From Camelus ferus (taxonomy: Eukaryota), in contig NC_045697.1 in the NCBI RefSeq assembly GCF_009834535.1, positions 45,448,001 to 45,512,000 on the forward strand: DNA of 64,000 nucleotides. Reading direction: 5' to 3'. How positions within the stretch are numbered: the stretch's first letter is position 1; each line of letters starts with the position of its first letter. The notes under the pieces were generated by a model. The model saw only the letters and a program-made list of their open reading frames with translations, searched no databases and was not told the DNA's origin. Shown piece by piece: positions 28,080-38,734 of this stretch. A program made the position numbers and the translations under genes.

Positions 28080-31000
28080 GTTATAAGGTTCTTAATTTGA
28101 TTTCCTCGAACTGTACGGTGTTCACAGTGGTTGGTGTTTTATTATCATCACCTAATCTAGATGGTTTCCTTGTGGGACGAGGTGAGGAGTTGGGCGAATC
28201 CAGTGATGTCCTGAGCACACATCCATGTTGCATTCCTGTCACCTGCTTGCATATCAATGTCCCCACAGTGTGTTACGTGACTTTACATCCCTGGTGCCTA
28301 GCATATTGTACATACTCAATGAATGTTTACTGAATTTATGACCAGATGCCCTGGAACAATTAGCCTCGGACGCCAGGAAATGGCTCCTGCATTTTCTGGG
28401 TGGTTCCTGGCAGTATGCCCAGCTTTCTGGCAGTTGGATAATTGCACTGTGATGGGCAGCCTGAGGCAGCAAAAATCATCGCTCTTGCCCGTTGGGTCAC
28501 AAATAGGGCTTGCTGACTGTTGCTCGCCATACGATGTACTGGGAATTTTTGATGTGGTGGGACACCCCTGGTCCTCTTGGTACCCTGGCGTGTCCTCCAG
28601 CTTTCCCTGCTGAATCACCTGTCCAGGAGGCTGTGCGTGAGCACTTGGAGAGCAAGCACCAAGACCATCTTGCTGAAGCTTGTATCTGCAGTTTTTACAG
28701 AATGCCTGGCACAAAGCTCAATAAATATTTGTGGAATGAATAAATAAAAATGGTAATAATGAAATAATTATGAAATAAAGAATTAAAAAATAAAAGGTGG
28801 GAAGAATATTGTAATTTGCCATATAAATTTAGAAAATTCACTTATCAACTTTTTGAGTCTCATTTTCAATACCTATAGAATTGGAATAATAATACTTCAC
28901 AGAGTGGCATCGTGTCCACCTGCTGTCATAAACTGTAAGCACTACTGATAGAGTTAGACCATCAGTCATAATGGCTATGCTGTTAGCTTTGGACTCAGAT
29001 TTGAATCAGAGTTAAAAATGGAGTCTATCTACCTTTCATTAATTGTTAGATCTTGAACATTTACTTAGCTTCTCCAAGTCTCAGCTTCTGCCATTGTAAT
29101 GATTAAGCTAGATGTTGTGAAAAGAAATGAGTATTGTCTACTGCTTAATAAATGAAAAATGTTATCAATATTATTATTCATATTGAAGACCTTAGATTTT
29201 TATGGCTTTTGTTTCTCTGATCTACATAACACCTGTAAAATAAAAGCATACCATTAACCTTCTTATTCACAATTAGAAAATCAGGAAGATTTATTAAGTT
29301 TGGGTTATTGGGAATTAAGAATGAATTGATAGATATAATGCATGGGAACCAATAATAACTAAAAGTTGTATAGTACTTTATGGTGCACAAAACATTTCCC
29401 CAACAACAAGATTCACAACACCGTAATAAACTATGGGCTGTTGGTAGGTTTGTATGCGTTACTGTGGACTGCATTTATTCCTCACCATATTATTTGGGAG
29501 TTCCCGAGAACACTAAAAGCCATGTGTAACTCATTTACCTGGGTGATTTAAGAGGAGTTTGATAGCTTCCAAAAGTTTCCACTCTCTCTTTTTCAGCCAG
29601 AATATCAGAATGCAGGTGCATCAGAGAGACGGGAGGGAGTTTCATGTAGATTTGTTGGGTGGGGGAGAGTATTTGGAAAAAGACTTTTTGTAACTGTATA
29701 TGTACGTGTGCATGAGCACATAGGCATCTCTGTCTGCACACCACGCGTGAGGAAGAGTAACGGGATGGGGAGCGTTCTTCCCACATTCAGGGAAAGAAAG
29801 CCTGTGATAAAAAGAATCTTAATAATTTGCGGGACTCTCCACTTTCCATCCTTTAGAGAACTCTCGATTAAGTCTACTTAATTTTCTAAGTAAATAAGTC
29901 TACTTATTTACGGATATCTCAATCAGAATTTATGAACACTTCTCAACCTTAACACTTTATATCCACATGTCCTTATATCATCATCTGGACTTCTTATCAT
30001 TGCTCACAGTTTCCGTTTAAAAAATCTTCAGTTATTAACTTTTTCTCCAAGTTGATCTGAAAGCAAGAATGAAAACTTGCTTATTTTAATTCATCCATTC
30101 ATCTCTGTAGACGGGATACTGAGGAAAAAATCCTAAAGCTACCTACGCATTTTAAAAACATAACTAAGATGTATTTCACACACATGATCACCTTCTCAGT
30201 CCAGAAACGTGAATACTTCCTGTCAGTTGACGCAGACTTGTGTATCCTTTTTAAAAACTGGAAAGTTGAAAGCAATTTTTGAAAAGGGTTTTAGAGAGAC
30301 ATTAAGTCCTTCAGAAAATGGAAAGCAAGTGTACTCTCTGCGTTATAGAGACTGAAGAGTTCCCTTCGGCTTCTCTGGGCAAAGACCCAACATCACACGG
30401 AGAAGCAACTGGCGAGTCTGAAACTGACTGCTTTGTCTAGTTTTTACCCACAACGTTCAATTTTAGCCTTGAAAACGGCTACCTTTCTGACATGATTATT
30501 TTTAAATGTTTATTACTTATTTATTCTGATAGCCATCTATCTACCTCAAAGGAAGGAGGACTGATGAGAAATTAGAACCATTTTACCTTTTTATAAGATA
30601 CAAATATATAATATAATTTTAACAGAACTGTGATTTTGTTCTATAACATTTTACATGGTTGCAACTGATGCCTTTTGTTTGTCAAATCATTGTAGAAAAA
30701 TTAATGAACAGAGTTATTATCCAAAAGGAACTGAGGTAACGGCTGGTGAAAAACAGGGTAAAATGTTTGGACAGTGTTCAACATATCTATCCACTTACCT
30801 ATCATCTACACATACTCCAAATGCTCAGAAAGGGCTAAAGACAGGTTTCTTGCAAAAGTCGACCGAATGAACGAGGAATAACTGGGGCAGTTTTAATATT
30901 ATCATACAAAGTTGTTTTAGAGTCAAGGGAAAGGCGCTGGGAGCTCTCTGCGGGAAGTAGCGTAGCTCGGGGAAGAGCAGCGTACCTGGCTTGGTGATTA

Positions 31001-31320
31001 ACATCTGCGTTATAAATAGCAGGTGAGTAAAAACTGGATCCAGTGCCGGGAGAAGTGATCTGAGGCAGATTTTAGGTTAGAGGGCGATTAACATAATCTT
31101 AAATAAATATGGGTTATCAACTACACTTTGTAATAGCTTTTTCAATTTTAGCCCCCCAGGAGGGCGCTGCATCTTTTTTCGCTTTTCAGAGCCTACATAC
31201 TGGCCAAGGATCTCCGTCTCTGCTAGTGCACCTTGTCCAGATGAGGCACGTAAAACAGATAGCATTTTTCTGAAGAGTTAAAGTGAAATGACTGCCTTTT
31301 TATCCTTTAGATCAACACTC

Positions 31321-31530
31321 TAAGATCCAAGAGGACTTTCTGTGATGATGAAGATGTTGTATATCTGTGCTGTTCAATGAAGTAGCCACTAATCACATGT
31401 GGCTGTTAGGTGTTTGAAATGTGGTTTGTTGGACTGAGGAACTGAATCTTTAATGTTATTCAATTTTGATTAACTTGAAGTGGAATAGCCACATATGGCT
31501 AGTGACTGCTGTGTACATGCAGCCTTAGAT
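31321..31530. mobile_element. MER3 hAT-Charlie DNA transposon
   Basis: ACTTTCTGTGATGATGAAGATGTT...GTAGCCACTAATCACATGTGGCT...AATAGCCACATATGGCTAGTG. Confidence 0.75.
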
Positions 31531-32124
31531 TCAAGCTCCCTACGCCTTTGGTCCACTGCGGGAATCTTTCTAAATGTTTATCAGTTTTATTAGACGCTAG
31601 ACCTTTAAAATCTGGGCCAAAACTAAAACTCAAGTTGCCTGTCACTCAAACTACAGAAGAACCTCTTATCTAGGGCCTCTCCGCTTTCAGCCACTACTGT
31701 TGATATCGGTGAATGAATAAACCAGTGCTCAGGGCCTCTTGTCTCTATCACAGGCCATGTAACACTCTTCAAATTCCCAGTGGTTCAAAACAGGCTAGTT
31801 TGTTTTCTTTTTTTGAGTAAGAGGCTTTATAATCAAAATAATTATTTCTCTTCTGTCATAAATGTCCAGGACTTGACTCCGTCATTTTCCCATAAATTCA
31901 ATAAACTTAAAAGGAAATCCTTTCAATAAGGAAATATTTAATGTATAGATTCAATCATTTCATTTTCCACTTTTTTTGGTATACTAATTCAGATTTGTAG
32001 GCTATCATCTGTATAACCATTCTTGGGGCTTTTGAGATTTCTTACAAATTCAGATTTTATTTCAGAGAGCTGCAAGAGACCTGAGAAAGAATAATAACAA
32101 AGTCAAAGATTCTTTAAGATTTTT

Positions 32125-32365
32125 AAAATATAAATAAAATATAACAAACAACAAATTTGTACCATATAGCACAGGGAACTATATTCAATATCTTATAGTA
32201 ACTTATGGTGAAAAAGAATGTGAAAATGAATATATGTATGTTTATGTATGACTGAAGCATTATGCTGTACACCAGAAATTGACACAAGATTGTAAACTGA
32301 CTATACTTCAATAAAATATATATATATACACACATATATGTAATATATATATACATACACACACA
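32125..32365 (+). mobile_element. Short L1 3' end with a (TA/CA) microsatellite tail
   Basis: ATAGCACAGGGAACTATATTCAATATC...GCTGTACACCAGAAATTGACAC...TATACTTCAATAAA; possible TSD AAAGTCAA (32099-32106, 32366-32373). Confidence 0.85.
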
Positions 32366-33419
32366 AAAGTCAATTGAAACAAAATCTTATGCAATGGAAC
32401 ATAAAGTTGGGCTGGAAGAAAAATAACGTTTTAATTAAAATCAATATACTCATGTTTAGGTGATTTCTGCCTTGTTCTCAAACCACAGGGTCTTTCCTTA
32501 GGTGTCTACTAGGTCGTTCAAAGCAGGTGCAGTAGAGGAGTCTGCCTTCTACAAGAAAGAAATATCTCATCTTCATGGTGAGTTCTAGATCTTAATTTTG
32601 CAACTGGTTGGAGTGGGATAGAATTTTAAAACAACTCCGAAACCACCCTGCTGGAGGAAATGGGAACTGCTGATATTAGAAGCAACGGGCAGCTTCAAAG
32701 TGCTCCCAGCCCAACCTATCAAACCTTAAACTTCCTTTGCGACATGCTGGTGTCCCTTGGAAGTGTTACAAATTGAGCTTCAGATCAAAGGCAGTAGAAA
32801 TCACAGCCCCGAAGGGTTCATGCAACTCGAAGATGCAAGTTCCCTCACCAGGCAATCCGTCTACCTCTGCATTATAAAATCATCCAAACATTACTAACAG
32901 CTCCAAGTTTCCCAATTCATATTATTGACACCAGAATATGGTCTCCAGCTTCCATACAGCATTTGTCTCTGTGACCTTTTCAACTGTCAAAATTTGGGTA
33001 TTGTGTCATTAATTTCTCCCATTTCTAACGAGTAAGATGAGTTAATGAAATTACATAGGCTTGACCCAATTTTAAAAGTCTGTGCATGTCCATATGTATG
33101 TATATCAGTGTTTATAGTGATGGAAAACCTCCAGAAAGCAGGGCTGAAGTCCTATAAAAACCAAAATTTTCTCTTAGATTAGTCCATTTTGGGAAAAGCT
33201 CTGTCACATGGTTCTTACACATAATTGCCTCACCTCTGAACTGCTGCATTCACATCTGGCCTGAACCCCTATGAGGTGGGGGTTGGTTTTGACTGTAACC
33301 TGATGGCAGTTTGCCTGTGTTTTGAGTCTGAAAATGTAGTTGGCTTGTATTCTGAGTCCATGGATTGGAATATAACCATACCTCCCTCCTCACTTCAATG
33401 ACACTGCAGTGGAGCTAGC

Positions 33420-33422
<3 letters not shown>

Positions 33423-33484
<62 letters not shown>
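33423..33484 (+). repeat. (TG)31 microsatellite followed by GA/GACA repeats
   Basis: Perfect dinucleotide run read directly. Confidence 0.97.
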
Positions 33485-33489
<5 letters not shown>

Positions 33490-34387
33490 GAGGGAGAGAA
33501 AGACAGAGAGACAGACAGACAGACAGACACTGGGTATGAGGCTGGGACCGAAGGGAATACAGGTGAATAAAATCACCTGCTACTCTCCAATTCAACTGTT
33601 CCTAGGACTGGATTTCTGATTGCCCTCACAGCAGTGTTTCAATGCCCCAGATGGAAATGAGGACAAGATGAAAACCATGTTGTCACAAATGAAAGAAAAT
33701 TGACAGCATTAAGGATGAAAGGAGGAGGACACTTCTTATTCTAACCTTGTTAATTGTCAGCGACCTCCAGCTGACTCACAGAATAGATGTCTCTCTCCCT
33801 ACTGGCTACAGATCAAAGACCCAGATAACCTTGGGCTTGACGCAAATCAAAGAAGGGTTTTCTTTCCACATCCTCTGGTGGGCCTGGAGAAAACAGGCAT
33901 AATAATCCGGGTAGGGGAACTCTGAAAAGCAAAACCCAACACCTACTGGCAATGATTACTGTATGTCATATTTGCTCCTTTGAGGTTGGTAATGAATGTT
34001 CACTATAATTTAAAAAGTGACAGAAGACAGTTCATATCACAGTTTCTGTTAGAGGAGTCGCTTTCCCCATTCCTCATCTTTCCATAAACAGGGCTCTACT
34101 TCTACCTCACCTGCCAAGAGGGAATGGCAGTGGAGGACAGGTCCTGGGGTGAAGGTGCTTCTCATGGCTTCCCCAGGGGAAGAGGAGCGCGGATCCTCGT
34201 GGTGAGAGTCAGAACTGGCCATTCACCAGTTGGTCCCTATTTCTCAGGGGGGACATGTTAAGACTGAAGATTATAGTCACTTGTGCTCTTTCGCGCCCTC
34301 TGAGCTGACTGGGATGTAGGGGAGGGCCGAATTTCCACATGACAGCGTAGCAGGGATTGGAGGAAAAGGCTCTCAGACATACCCAAC

Positions 34388-35070
34388 TCTGGTTCCGCAC
34401 GCAGGGAATGTGGCTCTGGTGCACGCTCTGTGACGGGGTGTTGGAGCTGAGGCAGGAAGCCCCATAAAAAGACCTGCAGGGCCCCCAAGCAGGGTCACTA
34501 CTCTCCTGCCAGCACCACCCCGTTCCCTGGCCCAGAGGCTCTATCTCACTTTTCGCCTCTGAAATGGCTTACTTAGCCCTAAAATTCTGTTGGTTCCCTG
34601 AGCTCACTTCTGATTGGTTATTTCCTTCACTCATGAAGGTTATTAATCTCACTTCTGATTGGTTATTTCCTTCACTCATGAAGGTTATTACTCTCACTTC
34701 TGATTGGTCCACTTCCCTAACTTCTGATTGGTCCTTTTATAGTACTTCATTTGCATGGAGCTCACTCCTGATTGGTTATTTCTCTCACTCCTAATTGGTC
34801 CATTCCCCTCACTCCTGATTGGTTATTCTCTCACTCCTGATTGGTCTATTTCTACAAAGCTTGTTCCTAGTTGTCAACTTCTGTTCTACTTTATTTGCAT
34901 ATGATATTGCAAAGTGTAAAACTGGCAACCTATAAAGACCTGTGTAAACCTACCGACAGGGTCCAGAGCTTGCAGTGTTAACTCCTCTGGGTCCACTGGC
35001 GAAATAAACCTGAGTTCTCCAACTCTTCTCTCGCCAAGATCCAGGTTGCTGTCACAACTGAGCTGTAACA
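34388..35070 (+). mobile_element. ERV solo LTR with a tandem CCAAT-box U3 region
   Basis: 8 ATTGG, 2 ATTTGCAT, TATAAA at 34931, AATAAA at 35003, 3' end TGTAACA, candidate 5-bp TSD CCAAC (34383-34387, 35071-35075). The 5' boundary is uncertain (alternative TGTGAC at about 34429). Confidence 0.75.
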
Positions 35071-35479
35071 CCAACAGAGCAACATTTTAGCTACTGTCTC
35101 CAGCTTTTCTTTTTAAAGGGAACAACTGATCAGATTGATAATGTGAAGAAATGGAAGCTGAAAGTACACAGGTCAGCCCTATTTTGATGAACCCCTTTTC
35201 AGAATTATCTATTCAAAACACACATTTTTCTCTCTTCCAGGACCTCAGCTCACAGGACTGTCTCTGCACCACTTGGTGTTGGGCAGGGAAACTCAGCTCA
35301 GGGGGAAAGACCTCGGATTCCAAATACTGATCGAAAGCTGCCATTATTAAAACTGATTTTTTTGCTCCTTGTCCTGTGCCTTTGGTTATTTTCCCCAAAT
35401 TTCTCAGAATTCTGAGGGAATACATACATTGACGGCTCTTTTGAAGTAGAAACATCTGAAGCAAAGTGAAAAAGGACAA

Positions 35480-35800
35480 CCATAGGTTTGTTTTTTATGT
35501 CTGTGAGTCTCTGTTTTGTAAATAAGTTCATTTGTGTCTTGTCTTTTTTTTAGATTCCACATATGAGTGATTACAGGGTGGGGGGGGTGCAGAATTAGGA
35601 ATTTGAGATTTGCAGATACTAACTACTATATATAAAATAGATAAACAAGTCCATACTGTATAGTACAGAGAACTATATTCAATATAGTAGTAACCTATAA
35701 TGAAAAGGAATGTATGTTTGTGTGACTGAAACATTATGCTGTGTGCCAGAAATTGACACAACATTGTAAACTGACTATACTTCAATTAAAAAAAAAAAAA
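35480..35800 (+). mobile_element. 5'-inverted (twin-primed) L1 3' fragment
   Basis: 35480-35570 is antisense L1 3' sequence; 35571-35800 is sense L1 with poly-A; flanked by AGGACAA (35473-35479, 35804-35810). Confidence 0.85.
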
Positions 35801-36739
35801 GACAGGACAATTAGGGTGAGTCTACCACTACTTGAATCTCAACTCTGACACTACCATGGCTCTGACCTCTGTTAAACCAGTTATTCTCCTTGATCAATAA
35901 AATTGAGGATAATACCTGAGACCTTACCTCTCAGGATGAAATGAAGACTCATTCATGGAAATGTATAAAATGCATTTAATAAATCGAAAAGCTAATGTTC
36001 TAGAACATTTACTATGTGCTGTAAACATTTATAAGTGTTTCATGTGTAATAACTCAAGTAATCCTCACAACTCTGTAAAGTAGGTTCTGTGTTTTGTTCT
36101 TGTTTTACACATGAGGACATGGAAGCCCAGAGAAGGTTAATAGCTTGCCTAAGGTCATAAGAGACAGAGTTGGTATTCTAATGCAAATAGTCTGGCTCCA
36201 AGCCCCAGTACCTAATTCTCATGCTATACTCTCTAATTAATGACAGGTGAATCTAGTTTTTTTAAAAATTATTTTTCCTATTAAAATGAGAGAATGAATG
36301 CTTGAAGTTAGATACAGGTATGAGCAGTAGAGGAGTCTCAAAAACACCCCACGTGATAGACATGAGGGAGAATCTCTGATGACTAAGCTGAGGGAAGTTT
36401 GACCACTTTCCTCGTCCTTTGTCATGTGCTTCCCACTCTCCCTTTCATCATTATTTTTGTTGTTGTTTTTACCTAAGGCATGATCAGGACAAAAATACTT
36501 ATGAGTTGTAATTTAGGAAGGATGTTTGGATCATACAATCTGGTATACTTGAGAGGAAGGGATTTTAAAGACCGTTTAAGAGAAAATTAAGGCCCCCAGC
36601 AGTTTAAGGAACATAGCAAAGCAAGTAAGCCCAGAGCTTAGTAAAGTCAGGGCTACAATCTGGGGTTACAGCAAATGCAACTTAAAAAATGAGTATTATA
36701 ACTCAAATTAAATGTAAAAACTCATACCTTGAGGACATC

Positions 36740-36742
<3 letters not shown>

Positions 36743-36786
<44 letters not shown>
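36743..36786 (+). repeat. (TG)22 microsatellite
   Basis: Perfect dinucleotide run read directly. Confidence 0.97.
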
Positions 36787-36788
<2 letters not shown>

Positions 36789-37045
36789 CAAAAGAGCAAG
36801 AAGACTTGTGGATTCTTAAATTTTGTGTGTTGTGGATCTAAATGTATAACCCTGTGACACTGTGGTTTTTTCCACTGTGATAATGTTTTAGCATTACTTG
36901 CTGGTAATCATTTGATAATAGCTCCAGATGCCTAATCTCCAGTTCTGAGACTGTGGACAACTGAGATATTATTGCTCTGTATCATCAAGCACATCTCCCC
37001 TAAGTAAGATAAGATTTTGTACAAGGTGAAGACTGTTCAGTAGTA

Positions 37046-37517
37046 CAGGCATACCTCATTTCTGTGCTTCGCAGATACTGTGTTTTCCACAAATTGAAAT
37101 TTTGTGGCAACACTGCATCACAAAGTCTGTCAGCACCATTTTTCCAACAGCATCTTCTCACTGTGTCTCTGTGTCACATGTTGTCATTCTCACAATGTTT
37201 CAAAGCTTTTCACTATTATGTTTGCTATGGTGATCTGCGATCAGTGATCTTTGATGTTACTGTTGCAAAAAGATTTTGACTCGCTGAAGGCTCAGAAGAT
37301 GTTTAGAATTTTTTAGCAATAAAGTGTTTTAAAAATTAAGGTCAGTACATGTTTTTAGAAATAATGCTAGTGCTTACTTAATAGACTACAGTATAGTGTA
37401 AATATAACTTTTATATGCACTGGAACACCGAAAAAAATGTGTGACTCACTTTATTGCTATATTTAGTTTATTGCAATGGTCTGGAACTGACCCCACAACA
37501 TCTCCAAGATATACCTG
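37046..37517. mobile_element. Tigger2a-like TcMar DNA transposon
   Basis: TA|CAGGCATACCTC ... AAGATATACCTG|TA: terminal inverted repeats and TA target duplication. Confidence 0.85.
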
Positions 37518-38734
37518 TACTAAATGATTTGTAGGATGATATGGATTTGTATTCAAGGTTCTTATTCTTAACCCTAATGTCCACCGCATAACTTCTAATA
37601 GCTATAAAGTCTTATCCTAAGAGGTATTTCAAGGCAATTCCTCTGGCATAAGAACTGAGTCAGCGAATTACAACAGAACTGACCACCCTTATCATATGGT
37701 GACCCAGTTATTATTCCTCAAGGACACCTATTGCCCCAGCAGTAACTGGCGGTACCAAGATCCTAATGCAGGTCTTTTTGACAGCAGGGACCATGTTCTC
37801 TCCATGACGTTATGAAGGGTTCCAGTACCAGTTTTTCCAATAGTTCGTCATGTGGCTCTGGGCATACTCAACAGTTCAGTATATCACAGTCAAGATTCTT
37901 TTGGTTGCAATTTACAGACATGGACTCAAACTTGCTCAAGCACAAGTGAGCTCATTATTGAGTTCACAGGGATAGCGCATGTAATCCAAGGACAGGAAGC
38001 GCAGTTTAGCAGAGACAGGAGCGGAAACTGGAACACCTTTGGGAACAAGGCAGTTTCTCCTTACTCTGCGAGGCTCAGTGTTCTATCTGTGCCAGATTCA
38101 TTCTCTTGCTAAACTGCCAGATGCCTATCTCTGTTAGTGCCAGGAACCCATCTCTGCTGGTGGGGGCCGGTTTTCAGGGGACGGCATTATGAGTTGTGTC
38201 TGAATAGGTGTAAACCACAGCATGTCTACATTTCCTTATTTGGCAAATGGGAAGACTGGATTAGATAAAATATAATTGATAGTAACAAAGTCCTTAGTCT
38301 GCTTCAGGCGCTTGGCAATATGATTTATATGGACAGGACATGGTAACAAAGACAGATGAAATGAAATGATTGCCAAAATAGTGATACAAGCATCTAGAAA
38401 AAATATCTCCAAGTAGGAGATGTGGAGTTTTAACATGAAATGCTAAAAGAGAGAGAGAGAGTAAGAAAATATGAAATAATTCAAGTTGAGTTTCTCAAGT
38501 TTGGGAGACAGGACTTTTTCCCTTATGGGTATATTTCAATATTGTTCCACGATGTTAATTATCTTTCATGCTATGTTGTTGGTAGGTTATGATGCTTCAT
38601 TCATGATACCATGTGAAAACGTTCCACTCTGTGCCTAAGCTTTATTAATTATCTCTTTTCAAATGCAGCAGTATTTCAACTTTTTCAAGTTTTGAAAATG
38701 CAGTCTTTCCCAATGAGAAGTAGAAGAGAATAGG

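Noticed and set aside
33395..33619. ORFs with HT/CV dipeptide runs
   Set aside because: Translations of the (TG)31 microsatellite.
34603..34850. Regularly spaced repeats resembling a CRISPR array
   Set aside because: Mammalian context, no unique spacers and no cas genes; they are tandem U3 repeats of an LTR.
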